Positions 26,285 to 39,710 of a DNA stretch of 64,000 nt are shown piece after piece. The stretch spans positions 63,366,001-63,430,000 of the forward strand of contig NC_045697.1 of assembly GCF_009834535.1 (NCBI RefSeq), in the 5' to 3' direction. Position 1 is the stretch's first letter. Each line of letters opens with the position of its first letter. A program made the translations under genes and the position numbers. Under the pieces are notes generated by a model that was given only the letters and a program-made list of their open reading frames with translations, was not told the DNA's origin and ran no database searches. The stretch is from Camelus ferus (taxonomy: Eukaryota).

Positions 26285-26763
26285 CAGACACACCTCATTT
26301 TATTGCACTTTGCTTTATTGAAATTCGCAGATACTGCTTTTTTTTTAACAAATTGAATGTTTGTGGCAAGGAGAAAGTCTGTTGGCACAATTTTTCCAAC
26401 AGCATTTGCTCACTTGATTTCTCAGTGTCACATTGTGGTAAGTCACAATATTTCAAAGTTTTTTTTATTATTATTATATGTTATGATGATCTGTGTTTGG
26501 TGATCTTTGATGTTATTACTCTGACTCACTGAAGGCTCAGATGATGGTTAGCTTTTTTAGCAATGAAGTATTTTTAAATTAAGGTGTGTACATTGTTTTT
26601 ATTTAAAGACGTAATGGTATTGCACACTTAATATAGTATAGTGCAAATATAACTTTTATATATACTAGGAAACCAAAAAATTTGTGTGACTCACTTTATT
26701 GCATTATTTCCTTTATTAAGGTAATTTGGAATCAAACCCTCAATATCTCCAAGGTTATGTCTG
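26285..26763 (-). mobile_element. Non-autonomous Tigger1 deletion derivative (Tigger1a-like, 479 bp)
   Basis: TA|cagacacacctcattttattgc ... caatatctccaaggttatgtctg|TA. Tigger1 terminal sequences joined across an internal deletion. Confidence 0.88.
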
Positions 26764-29233
26764 TATGCATTGCTGCATTTCTAAAAATGTATTCTATGCA
26801 TTTGCATAACATCATAAATTTTTTAAAAATCTGCTGATGTATCTTTTCTTTAATAGAAGACAAAGTTTTCTCAATCATTTATTCATTTATTCCACACCAT
26901 TTATTTATCCTCGTTACATGCCTAACCCTGTCTCAGTTCCTTGAGATACGTTAGTCACATCGTTTGTAAGTGAAGAGTCACATCCAGCTTAAATGTCTTT
27001 GGGAATCTGTTGCCACACAAAACTAGGAAGTATAAGATTAAGTATGGTATTCTTGCCAGAAAAAGAGATTTAGAAAGGATGCTGGGCTTGCCAGGTCATA
27101 GATTTTTCATTGGCTAGTTGGAGGTGGAGAGGAAGAAGATAAATAAAATTGAGATTGATTTTTATCTTCAGGAATTTCAATTCATTTCAGTAGACAGAGG
27201 AAGCAACAGTCATTTAAAATAAAATCTTATCAAATGATAAGTTTGGATGTTTAAATTTGGGTTATTCTGACAATTATTTATATTTCAGAATAAAAAACAT
27301 CATACACTCTATTTTGTGCCTATAGATAGCATTAATAACACTATAGGGAAAAAGTGTGTTTAATCTCTTGCCTGGTGATTTGTGACAGTGTAACTACATG
27401 ATTTTTAGTTCTGTGTTTCTCATGTCAAATATAGCAGGTTCAATAAAAGTACAGTGACTCTTTATCTTATTTATGGATAATTAATCAAAACAAACTTCTG
27501 TAATAGGGTCCCCATATCTGCTGCTCCTTAACTAAAGAATCCTGGTTTGATGAAGTGGAAGATGCATTTTATGAACAAATTTCTGTAGCATATTTTGTGG
27601 GGTGCTTTATGGCATGTATTTTCATGGCTTTTGATAGCTGTTTGTGGGATGGTAAAAGAGAACTTTGGAAAGTTTTTATTCTCTTTTCTTTCAAATAAAT
27701 TTAAAATACTATATTTTTAAGCCTTTTTCTTTTGTCCATTCTATAAGGACAAAAGTTTCTCTTTTTCTAATATTTGAAGTGCATTTGTGAAACTCTGAGG
27801 CTAAGGATGAGCAGATGTGGAAAATTTCAGTCTGAAGTGGTCTAATTTAGATCTTTCTGAGAAAACTCATTGTGTTCTCAGACTGGTCCTTATGATGTGG
27901 GCTATTTCTTTATAATTTTCAATTATATGGATACCAGTTTGGGCAGTATTAAAACTATCTTTAAAACTTTGAAATATAACTTAAATAAAGATATAGGTAT
28001 TAATTTATTCAGAATGCAGTTGAGAAATAGAAAGATTGGTCCAAACAGAGGCATTATTAATTTTATATTATCTGACAACCCTAAACATTTTTTAAATGAT
28101 ATACCTTAAATCCATGAAAATCCAAAGCATAGAAGAATAAACATCCTCAGAATACATATAACAACATATTTTAAAGGATTATGTGAGGTTATTCTTAGCC
28201 TTTTTCTTTTACTGACATCCTACTTCCTCAAGTCTAGAAAAAACTTTAATTTCTTTTATTTTCCATTACCCTCAAATTGTTTTGAACACCTTTCTGCTTT
28301 GTCTGTCTCCCTAGTGAGAGAAAAGATACTCAGTTGTTTGACATGTTGATATTCAATATCATTATTTTTAGAATTTTATAAATTGTTGTTGTTCAACAAA
28401 ATAAATTTTTAAAGCCCCTTGGAATGTATAATGCCCCCAATAAGAGATATTTATGCCTCAGATGATTTATTTCCTCTGCTTATCCTGTAAGTTTCTGAGG
28501 GAACTATATTAAAACCATCAACTATGAATATGAATTTTTATTTCTCCATTTTTCCTGTCAATTTTTGTTTTATGTATTTTAAAACAACATGATTGGATGG
28601 GTCAAATTTGTATAGTTATAATATATTTATGTTTAATCTCTATTAAACCTGTGTTGTCTGCTTAGTCTCTCATTAGTATTGCTGTTCATTTCAGTTGGTA
28701 ACTGTTTACCTTGTGTGTATTGTCATTCTTTTATTTTTAATATTTTTCTGTCCTTATATTTTACATGTTTCTCTAATAAAAAGAACACAGTTGCCTTTTT
28801 TCCCCTTAAACTATAAGTTTTAGAAACCTTACCTTTTAAGTGGAGACTGTATTTGTTTGCCTTTATTGTAGCTACTGAAATATTTGAATTGAAATGTATG
28901 TTCTTAACATTTGTTTTTCTATTTGTCTCACTTGTTCTGTGCTTCCTTTTGTATCCCTTTGGGTTATTTTTTTAATTACTCCATTTCCTCTTTTATTAGT
29001 TTGTTAGTTATATAATACTTCAAAACTATTCTTTTAGCAGTTATGCTAGAGATTACAACATATGTCTTTCACCTAAAAAAACTAATTCAATTAATTTAAT
29101 TAAATTAATTTAAATAAATACTTACATAATTTTCTGTGTAATGTTAGGACCTTAAACCACTGATATCTTAACTTCTTGTATCTCTCAGTCATATCTTTAG
29201 TTACGTATTTTAATTCTACAGATAGATACTCAT

Positions 29234-29307
29234 AATTATTATGAGTTATTATTATGCCTTCAATTATTATGAGTTATTATTATGCCTTCAATTATTATTA
29301 TGCCTTC
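29234..29307. repeat. 28-bp tandem duplication plus an 18-bp partial copy
   Basis: aattattatgagttattattatgccttc x2 exact (29234-29261, 29262-29289), then aattattattatgccttc. Confidence 0.92.
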
Positions 29308-30569
29308 AATATTTGTTAAGATTTACCCAGACATTTACTATTTTCTTTGAACTTTGTACGTTCCTACACCTCTATGCTTCTGCCTGAGACCAATGTCCTA
29401 ATGCTTGAAGAACTTTCTTACTGTTTGCTTAGTATGGTTATATTGTTGGTGAATTCCTTCTGTCACTGTGTCTCATTCTTTTTTTCCTAAAATGTCCATT
29501 TCAGTTTCATTTTTAAGCATATTTTAATGGATATAGAATTCTACGATTGCTCTTGTTTGTATTTTTAACACTTTTTTTTTCTGGCTTCCATTCTGGCTAC
29601 ATTTTTATTATTGGTTTTTGGAAGCTAATGTGTCTTTCTATGGTTGGTTGCAACCTTTCTTTTTCTTTGGCTTTTAGTAGTTTGATGTACCTTTATGTAG
29701 AATTTTATTTTTCTGTTTTTTCTTCTTCTGGTTCAAATCTGTGGCTAGACCTGAAACCCTCTGATCCAATATTGCTTCTACTCATGTCCTCTCTTGCTTA
29801 CTTCTATGATTCCAATTACTTATATGCTGATGTTACACCATGTACTATATGTCTCATCGTTATGGCTCATGATTCTATTATTTACCCTTTCCATGTTTCA
29901 TTATGAATATTTTCATCTGACCCATATTTCACTTCACTAGTACTCTCTTTAGTTGTAGTGAATCCACTGTTAGCCCATCTCATGATATTAAATTTCAATT
30001 ACTGTATCTTTCAGTCTATTTGATTTTGTATCATAATTTTTAATTCTATGCTGAAATTTTCCATCTTGCCATATAATTTCTTAAATGTATTAGTTACAAT
30101 TAGGTTAAAATCCATGCATTATAATTCTATATCTGGATCTCCTTTGGGTATGTTTATATATCTGCCTTTTTCCTTGTTATTTATTTGGTTTTCTCTCCTG
30201 GTAGACCTGTTAATGTTTAACTAAATGGGGTAATTTGAGGCTATGGATTTTATTAACTTCCTGCAGAAAGGTTTACTTTTATAGATAGGTAAACTTTAGG
30301 GATTTTATCTCAATCCAATCAGGCATTGGAGTGATTCCAAGATGAATGTTAGTCATTGGGCACCTGGTGGGATTTACAATGGAAGGAAAGTCAGAGTTTC
30401 CCCAAGACCTCTTTTCCTTGAAATATTTGAATTCTAATTTTGTCTCCCTAACCCAGTCCCACTGCTGATAACTCTGCATAAGATCTGTCATATTCTCTAC
30501 CACTCCTTTCTGTTCAACTTCTCAGGTTTTGCTTTCAGATTTGCAAATGCCTCTGAAAGGGCAAGCTCT

Positions 30570-31361
30570 AGTTTTCCACCACACTCAATATTTTTGACAT
30601 TAGACGTCAGGCCAACCAGAAACAGCCCAAACAATTCTTTAATTTTCTGCAGACACCAACTTAGTGTTCTACAGTTCAGTTCAATACTGAACCAACCTAT
30701 CAGGAATTAGCATCAGATTTCACAAGCTAAGGGCTCAGTCCCACAAGATTGCCCCCGTTTCAGACACCAGTCTCAAGTCTAGGTTGTCACCTGTGCTTCT
30801 GACCAACCAGCTATAAATTGTAAGGCCCCATAACCCACTCTTTTGGTTTGGTAATTTACTAGAACAGCTTATAGAATCAGGGAAACAATTTACTTGCTAC
30901 ATTACTGCTTTATTATAAAAGAGTACAAGTCAGGAAGAGCCAGATGAAATAATTGCATAGGACAAGGTGTGGGGAAAGAAGCATGGAACTTACATGCCCT
31001 CTCTCCATGTGTACACCAACCCAGAAACTCTCCAAAAGCCTTTGTATATGATTTTTACAGAGACTTCTCTGTAAAACTTAGTTCATTAAGGACGCATGAT
31101 TGATTAAATCATTGGGCATGGCCGATTAAGTTCATCTCCAGCCCCTTTTCCTCACCTGAGATTGGGATATGGGGCTGAAAGTTCCAACCTTCTAATCACA
31201 TGTTTAGATCCACTGGCAACCAGCCCTCTTCCTGGTTGGGTATCTAGGAACCCCCAACCACCAGTCATCTCATTAACATACAAAAAGACACTTACTACTT
31301 GGAGGATTCTAAGGGTCTTAGGAGACCAGAGCAGAAACCAAATATATATAAAAATGTCACA
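30570..31361 (-). mobile_element. MER21-type LTR
   Basis: cagacaccaac...agggctcagtcccacaagattgcccc...cttctgaccaaccagctataaatt...ggggctgaaagttccaaccttctaatcac...gtcatctcattaacatacaaaaagacac. Confidence 0.82.
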
Positions 31362-31534
31362 GGCTCAAAAGATAAAAGTGGCACCAAATGTCACATTTAC
31401 TTCTCTGGCTTATTTTTTTCTGACACCTTGAGTTTTCAGGTCTTTGATATTCCAAGGCTTTTTGATGTCTTTCAACGGATTTTTGTATGTCAGATTTTTC
31501 TAGTTTTTCTTAGTCTAATTTCATTGGTGTAATC

Positions 31535-31650
31535 CAGGAGTTAGAGAACTATGGACTGTGTGCCAAATATACCTTGCCACATGTTTTTATAAGTGAAATT
31601 TTATTGGAACACAACCAAGACTATTTGGCTACATATTATTTATGGCTAAG
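31535..31650 (-). mobile_element. MER58 partial
   Basis: aactatggactgtgtgccaaat...aaattttattggaacacaacca. Confidence 0.55.
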
Positions 31651-33575
31651 GACAAAATTAACTGATATTTTTATTTAAACTTATAGGATTTATGATAAAA
31701 TAAATTAATGTTTGTTCTACTTAGCTTCTTTCTAATATAGATTTTAAATACATTTTAAGACATTCACGAAGAATGAGCCCAAGTGGAAATAGTGGACACA
31801 CTGTATGAATGGGCTACCATCTGATCCCACCTCTTGCACAATGTAGACTTTTAACAGATTTTGCGATCTCAGAGATGCCTCCAATCTTTCATATGCAAAA
31901 TGGTATATTAATAATTGCCTTGCTGTTTTAAGATAAGTAAATAAAAGAAACATGTATAAAACACTTTCTAGTTGGTACTCAATAAAGGTAGTGGGTATTA
32001 TTATTGCTACTTTTTTGGAATAAATACAGAGCTTCTCATGGTGATTAAAATAAAGAAAGCAACATTCACTTGATTTCTCAGTTCTGACATATTGTATCTC
32101 TTAAAATCAGTGATATTATTTAAATAGAATGCTAAGCACTTTCATTCCCTTATTACTGCCTTCCCCTAACTCCAAACAAATTATAACTTACCTAAAGAAT
32201 CTCCTGTGATGAGGTTTGTTCATTCATCTTTTTTCTTGTTCCTTTTAAACTATTGTCTGGTTTTTAAATCTTCTTCAGCATTTAGAATAGTTGACAGTCA
32301 AGAAGGTAGTCAGTTATACCTTTCTTCTGTTAATCACAAGAATCCCACTTTGAAGAGAGTTTTCCAGATCTTTTTGTGTGTGTGTGTGTGTTTCAGGAGT
32401 GTGCAGTTGCTTTTCTGCAACTGTCAGGGGAGAATTGGTAGATGTATTTGTCAGTAGTTACTAGTAGAAGGTAGTAGAAGAATAGAATAGAAGACTTCAG
32501 TTGGAGTCTCAATGGAAATTCAACAAGAAGAAAAAAACATTGAAATATAGTTGAAATATAGTGTGCAATGAAATGGGCTTAAGTGTAGCATGAGATGATA
32601 TATGTTAGCCATAAAGGAGAATCTTCTAGTGCTGACTGATAGTTATTGGACTATGGTACAAGTTAGAAAGATTATAGGATAACTCCAAAATTTCCTAAAA
32701 TATCAGAATCTCCCAAGTGGGATCATTTGTGATTGGTGCCACTAAATATTATGATAATGAAGAGATTTTATACACATAGTTTTTATTCTTTTGAAAAAAG
32801 GTAAGGTTGGTAATGTGGAATTCAAAAGTGTTAACTGAATACAATGCAGGAACTATTAGAAAATGTGTTGCCTTGTTGAATAAACTAAAAAAAACATTGC
32901 CTTTGCTTCAATCCTGCTTTAAAAAATGCTTTCTTTTAGGTTTTTCCTAAGTGACAGCTGATAAGCTGTAGGAACTAACTTGTTTCTCCTAAATTACCCT
33001 TTTATGGGAAAATATAGCTCAACTGTTTGTCAGAGCATTTGTGTTCCAACATAAGCACTACTACTTATGAGGTTATCTTGGATAAGTCATTTTTATTTTC
33101 TGCATCTCCTTTTACTCGTTACACTAAATGATCTCTAAGATTTTCTAATTATAACATTTTGTGATCAAATTAAGAAAAATATACGTTTTCCAGTCTACTG
33201 TATGAAGGCACATTAAATGCATTTACCAATGTGTTTAATATACATTCTAATGGAGTTATTTATTCAGTTGGGAAAACATTTTAAAGTGCACAATATTTGC
33301 ACTAAATTTGATTTGTGTTTCCATGTAGCTAACATTTGTAATTTAGGAAAAAATATAAATGATAAATAATTAAAATCTATTTTTAAGAACAGAGTTTTAA
33401 TGAAAGCCAGTGGTTTTACTAAATCCATTGGTCTCTTACACCTGCTGCCCCTGGTACTCTTGAAGCTCTACATCTTACATTAAGGTCATATCACTGTATC
33501 TGATCCAGGATCTACTCTCTCTCACAAACTGAGGATTCAGGGATGCGTCTTAAATCATATTTTCTTTCTTTGACC

Positions 33576-33602
33576 GTTGTTGTTGTTGTTGTTGTTGTTG
33601 TT
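33576..33602. repeat. (GTT)9 microsatellite
   Basis: Direct read. Explains the poly-N in ORF 33555-33806. Confidence 0.95.
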
Positions 33603-35553
33603 ATTTAGAAATACTGAGACACCAAAATCATGCTGTAGTACCTTAAAGGATGGAATATTTATTTCATAAATTGAGATTCCTAATTGGCAGTAGATTATCA
33701 TGCTTTTGTTCTCTATGAGAAAGGAAATTAGGCTAATTATCTTGGGTTGATTTTCTGATTTTTGGCAGGAAGATAAAATAGATATTCTGTGCCTTTTCAT
33801 CTGCAATTCTTTGTTAGTGCATTAGTGTGTTACCATTTGAAACCTAGAGGAAAGAAATAATAATAATTTCTCTTGGTGTACATTTGGCAATGTTTTACAC
33901 TTTAAAAATTTAATTCTTGGAATTTTCAAATGAAGGAGGTAATATTATCTTCACTTTGTACATGAGAAACCTGAGGTCCAATCAAGTTCACTGCTTTAAT
34001 CAAGTACTCAGTCAGGTGGTGAAACCTGGATGAGAACATGTGCCTTCTCAGTTCCAAAACCAAACTATTTCCACTCTACTGGGTATTCTAGCCACACATA
34101 AGAGTCACATGCAGGACTTTTAAACTATCAATGATTTGAATATTCAGAACCAGTGAGAATCACTAAAATAAAATATTCTTCAGAATTTTTGAAATATTTA
34201 TTTGAAAATATTTCAAAGATACATAAATCAAAGCTTAAAGATGAGATTGTCAATTATGTTATTCCCCATAGCAGTACTTTGTTGATGAGAGATGTTTATC
34301 AATTAGTTATATCTGTATGACCAAAACAAAATAATAATGTGGTATTATTATTATTCATATATCCAGATGTCAAGGATGAGTTTTCCAATTCCAGGCACAA
34401 ATTTATATTTTTCTTTTCCAGTTGTTTGAAAGCAAAACTAATGCCTAAGAACAAAAGCTGCTTGTATACTACTACTGTTTTAAAGATAAGAATTGTTTTT
34501 CTTGTTCAGGGAGAATTTAAAAAAAAATTTCTACTTAGTTTACAAAGGATTCTATGCACATAACTATTTTGAGACATTCATTTTTGAGATTACTTTTTGA
34601 GTCAAAAGATTAACTTAAAATAATGATGTTATGAATACAGTAAAAATATGAAAAGAGTACAATGTTGTCTATATAGTTCATTATTTACTAATGAAATAAC
34701 ATGATGATTTCTCATTTCATTACAAATTTCTAGATAGATGGCCAGCAATTCAAAATAGGACTCAATGAAATGATACAAGTTTGTGATTAGTGTGTCTCCT
34801 TTAAACTTTCAATCATAAATTATATTTTAATTTGGGAATGTATTCACACAACATTAACACAGCATAATCTCATATTATATACAAATGGAAAGGTTTTTTT
34901 TTTTTTTGGCTTTAAGTATTAAAACAATTTTATTAATAGAATGTATTAGGACCATATTTTTGTACCTTTATATACTACTATGTAGTTTATATTAATAATT
35001 AAGGTAACAAAGTAATTCTGTGAATTTATACACTTGGGTGATAGAGACATGTCTCTTTATAAAGCTGCCTAAAAAACTGAAATATTAATTACATTTTGGC
35101 ATAAAGTAATATGCTTTTACTGAATTTTAGTGCAATGGCAAAGGGGATGTTGCCAAGTTTATTATGTTAAAAATGAATCTTCACAAATTCATGTCTATGT
35201 TCAGTGAATTTATTTTTCCATTTATCTTGTCTTTTTATTAAATTTTATCACCTAATTTGATTTTATTGAATGCTTACTAAGTTCAACTACTGTGTTAGAT
35301 GGTGGAATACAGTATGGCTACAATCAGTAGTACAGATACTAGCAGTATACCAGGTAAGAAAATATTAAATACTCATGTGTCATGTATGTGGTATGGTTTC
35401 TGGGCTTTGGGACACACAACAATAATCCAGCAGGAGGGAGAGGTCCCAAGGACTGGAACATGCTGAGACTTGAGGGGTGGGAACAGAACATTTCTGAGTG
35501 AGGGAAATACCATTCTCAATGTTCTGAGGCAAGGTGTTTAGAAAGCAGTGGTA

Positions 35554-35732
35554 GTGGGATAGGGTATAGCTCAGTGGGAGAGCATGGGCCTAGCATGCAC
35601 AAGCTCCTGGGTTTAATCCCCGGAACGTCCATTAAAGATTAAATAAATAAAAACCTAATTACCTCCCCTCCAAAAATTTTAAAAAATAAATAAATAATGT
35701 AAAGTTATAAAAAATGCTCAAAAACAGAATAA
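35554..35732 (+). mobile_element. Camelid tRNA-derived SINE (Vic-1 type)
   Basis: gggtatagctcagtgggagagcatg...ctgggtttaatccccgg...aaacctaattacctcccc plus A-rich tail. Perfect 15-bp TSD tagaaagcagtggta at 35539-35553 and 35733-35747. Confidence 0.9.
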
Positions 35733-35745
35733 TAGAAAGCAGTGG

Positions 35746-36869
35746 TATATCTGTTTCCTGTTGCTGCTATTACAAATTACCACGAACTCAGTAGCTTAAA
35801 ATAACACAAACTTTCTATCTCACAGTCTTGTAGGTCAGATAGCTGGGGTGGGGATTTTGTCTGGTTTCTGTGGTCCAGGTCTCACCAGGCAAAAATCAAG
35901 GTGCCAGCACCTGGGCTCTTATCTGTGGGTTCTAAGTATGTGGAGGATGGAAGGAGGGAATTGGTTTCCAAGCTCATTCAGGAGGGTGGCAGAATTCATT
36001 TCTTAATGCTTGTATGGCTAAAGTTTTCATTTCCTTGCTGGCTGTCACCTGAGAGCCTCTTTCAAACATGTGAGGCCTCCTGCATTGATTGCCACATTAC
36101 TCCCTTCAGTAGTGCCTGGAGTCTTTCTCACCTCTGTAACTCTCTGACTTCCCTTGCTGCAATGTCTCCTCTGAATCTCCTTTTCTATCTTCATCTGGAA
36201 AAAGCTCTGCTATTCAGAGGCCATTACTGGGCCTACCCACATATTTCAGGATTATCTTTATATCTTAAAATCAATTGATTACAGGCATGGCTCGTTTTAT
36301 TTTGCTTTATTGCACTTTACAGATACCGTGTTTTTTTACAAATTGAAGATTTGTGTCAACCCTGCATTGAGCAAGTCTATCAGCACCATTTTCCTAACAG
36401 CATTTGCTCACTTGATGTCTGTGTCACATTTTAGTAATTCTCATAATTATTCAAAAAATTTTATTACTACAATCATTATGGTGATTTGTGATTAGTGATC
36501 TTTGATGTTACTGCTACAACTCACTGATGCTCAGATGGTAATTAGGATTTTTAGCAATAAAGTATTTTTTAATTAAGGTGTGCACAGTGTTTTTTTCAGG
36601 CATAATGCTATTGCACACTTAATAGACTACAGTGTAGAGTAAACATAACTTTTATATGGACTGGGAAACCAAAAAAAATCTGTATGACTTGCTTTATTGC
36701 AACATTTGCTGTATTTGCAATATACGCTGTAGTCAAACTGCAATACTGCAGAGGTACGGCTGTAGTAATTTTTAACTACATTGGCAAAGTCTCTTTTGCC
36801 AGATGACACAACATATTCAGGCTTGACACCTGGGGCATAGATCGTGGGGCCAACATTCTGCCTGCCATG
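35746..36869 (-). mobile_element. MLT1E-like MaLR LTR split by a Tigger insertion
   Basis: tttcctgttgctgctattacaaattaccac...ttccaagctcattcagg...ggcagaattcatttc...atcttaaaatcaattgatta. Resumes at 36763 (gtaatttttaactacattggcaaagtc...attctgcctgcca). Confidence 0.8.
36282..36762 (-). mobile_element. Non-autonomous Tigger1 deletion derivative (Tigger1a-like, 481 bp)
   Basis: TA|caggcatggctcgttttatt ... gaggtacggctg|TA. Colinear with 26285-26763. Confidence 0.9.
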
Positions 36870-37689
36870 GTGGGGAAATTTCATTGTGGTTGAAGAAGTC
36901 AAGGAGCTTAGTGGCTTAGTAGTTGTTTGGATCATATATTTGGATATTGAAGTGAGCTGCATAATGACAGGGTTATAGTGGAGAGAAAAACTGAAGTCAA
37001 ATGCAAAAACCTCCAGTAAATAAAGAGCAGTTATCTGGAGGTTGGCAGTTAATAGACACAAGGCTGGGTAGAGGGTGGCATGAACCTCACATATTAGAAG
37101 GAATGCTGTGGAGTATGGAGGAGTGATCTTCGGGAAGCCTCACTGAAGTGCCCTATCAAGTGCTGAAGAAAGAGGTACCTCCAACTGAGAGAACTCAGAG
37201 GAATCTGGGTGCTTGGGAGAGGGTCAGGTTTGAGATCGGTCAGACGTTGAGCTGAGCATCCTCACAAACAGTTTATGATGTTGAGGTATATATTTACAAT
37301 GAAACAGGCTTTCTGGGGATACAGCAGAAAATTTGGAAGAGATGGGAACAATCAGGGGAATGGATTAAGAAAGAGAATACAAATTGCATCATGGGGATGG
37401 GGGCATTGGAGGAAGATGATAGAATGGAGGGTTGAAGGCAGGTTAATTGAGTTGACTACAGATTTGCCAAGAAAATTTAAACTATATATAATAATCCCTA
37501 GGAAGTGGATACATTTCTTTCAGTAGTTATCAAATGATCTGCAGAGGAAGTCCAGGAGCTGAGAACCACATGGTCTTCAATGGGGTGGTAGAGTTGATAT
37601 GGAGCCTTTTAGGGACTTGGAGGACTAGAGCATGGATGATCCAAGTAAACCATTTGTTTTCCCCATTATTTGTTATGTTTCATAACAGT

Positions 37690-37912
37690 CAGTACAACAT
37701 AATGGTTAGGGACACAAACTGTGGCTCCAGGGCATGTGGGTGTCAGTCTTGACTTTGTAATCATGAACAAATTACTTAATCTCTCTGTGCCTCAGTTTCT
37801 TCAGCTGCAAAGTGGAAGCGATGACAGTAGTGACAATAGTGATTTCATAAGGTAGTTGTGAAAATTAAATGAGTGCATAGCCCATGATAAGCATTCATAA
37901 CTGTTAGCTGTA
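37690..37912 (+). mobile_element. MIR SINE
   Basis: ttacttaatctctctgtgcctcagtttcttcagctgcaaagtgg. Confidence 0.8.
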
Positions 37913-39339
37913 ACTGTTTAATGGTCACTTCCATAATTTTTATCCACTTATATAAAATTTAAATGTTACAAAACATGCAAGACAAACAGTTTTTCAGACT
38001 AAAAAGCTATGCTAAACTTAATCATTTTGTGTATGTCATTTTGAATCAATTGTGCTGCCTAAGAAACACAAGATTAACCTCAGAGGTGTGTGTCATTTGC
38101 TTGTGTGTTCTGGCAAAGATGCTTGAACACAGTTGATGGGAAAAATAGGTTACAGTTTAAGTGATTTTGGTAGAGCTAAAGATGCCAATCTGAGTAAACT
38201 TGCCTGATGGATTACTTTTTCTTTAATAAAAAGAGCCATGATCTTCTAAAAGTAATACTCTTGAGAAATGTATTTGTCATTTAAAACAAAGGGGTCAAAT
38301 GATTTTCTAGGTATAGTAGTCACAATAAATGTTTACTGTCACCTATAGGGAGGCAGAAGAAATACACTGTCACTTTTGTTATTGGCAAGCTGTCCATCTT
38401 TTTTCTAGCTCTCGCCTCCAAGCGTCTTCCCATAGGGAATTAGCCTTGTACAACTCAATTTGCAGCAGAGCAAAAAGGTTTTAAGATAAGGAACCGTCTC
38501 CTAAAATGCTAGCCTATTGCCATTTAGGACTGCCATGTAGTTCAAACTATACTGGCAATTTGAAGCCTCTTAAATGCTCATTTTTATGCTATGTGAGTTG
38601 AATATGTCATAGAAGTCATTCTAATTTATTATTTTACAAAGAGAATTTTCTAGATGCATTATAGTGTTAAATGCTGAACCTGATAAAAGGAAAAGAATGA
38701 TTTCACAAGGATTTTTAAAAAATCATATCATTTATAGGGGATGTGAGGTGAAATGTGTTTTCAAATACATCTTGATTAAAATAGTTAATTTCAATAGAAA
38801 GAAAAGCTTTCAAATAATATTGACATCAGATATTAATTATTTGGTAATTGTGATTTTGGCAAATGTCTTTTAGATCGCCTTTTTCTATTTTTAGTTATAA
38901 AATTAATACTATCACCTCAGCATATTTTGGTTGGACTCCTGGTTATTTTTCTTAAAGCTGATAGGTACAAGGTACTTTGTTAACCATTTTATGGGATGTA
39001 AAAATTATTCAGTTTAGTTTCTGCCTTAGGGTACTAATGCAGCTAAGGAGGTGAATCATGTACATACATAATTGTGTAAGGTACCGTATAATAAGGACCA
39101 CAGGGAAATGCAAAGCGGAAGAGATTATATGAAGGAGAGATTTCCAGAAGTTTAACTATCAAAACTGTTTTTATACTGCAGACAGACAATGGAAATATTA
39201 AGTGGAAAACAACAGGTACTGAATGTATAATATAATCACAATATAGTAAATTCTAATAAGGTATATTTTTATGAATACACATGTACAACTGGAAAATATT
39301 GGAAGGAAATGGCTTAAATATGCTTTTAGGAATTTCCTT

Positions 39340-39710
39340 CTAATATTTTATTGTTGGTGTGTTCTCAAGATAAGATGGTGAGGGAAGTAAGAGATGGCAG
39401 AGCAAGTCATTCAGTAAGAACGTGCTGTCCCCTGGAGTCGAGATTCAGCCTGATCCCAGGGAAACAGAAGGAGGCTTTGCAGCGTTACTTTTATCGTATA
39501 GTTGGTCCCATTTTGAGGCAAATGGGCTGGCCTTTTGTGTCTGCATGTATCAGTTACTGACTTTGGGAAGAGGACTGATAATCTCCTGGGTGAAACAGCT
39601 TCCTGTAGGCAAAGGGAAATTCTCCAGAGGAACCAACTATGAACCTTTAGCAGCCAACACTCATTGCAGCTGGACCTAATAAAGGGGGTTACACAGACAG
39701 GCACCAAAAG
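39340..39710 (-). mobile_element. Old ERVL LTR (LTR33/LTR41-like)
   Basis: GC-richer island with ttcagcctgatcccaggg and ttagcagccaacactcattgcagctgg. Confidence 0.5.

Larger units (their letters stand above)
28500..31530 (-). mobile_element. Old degraded L1 (ORF2 start/ORF1/5' region), interrupted by an LTR at ~30570-31361
   Basis: T-rich antisense L1-like sequence (gtcaatttttgttttatgtattttaaa; ggatatagaattcta; ttcacttcactagtactctcttt; atctggatctcctttggg). Confidence 0.6.

Noticed and set aside
29089..29110. Perfect 22-bp palindrome aattaatttaattaaattaatt
   Set aside because: Pure A/T low complexity, so plausible by chance or slippage.
34188..34217. 12-bp stem hairpin tttgaaatattt/aaatatttcaaa
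   Set aside because: Short and AT-rich, too small for a pre-miRNA, with no other support.
35901..37061. 125-aa and 144-aa ORFs
   Set aside because: They read through the MLT1 LTR, Tigger MITE and L2 pieces and show no transposase motifs.
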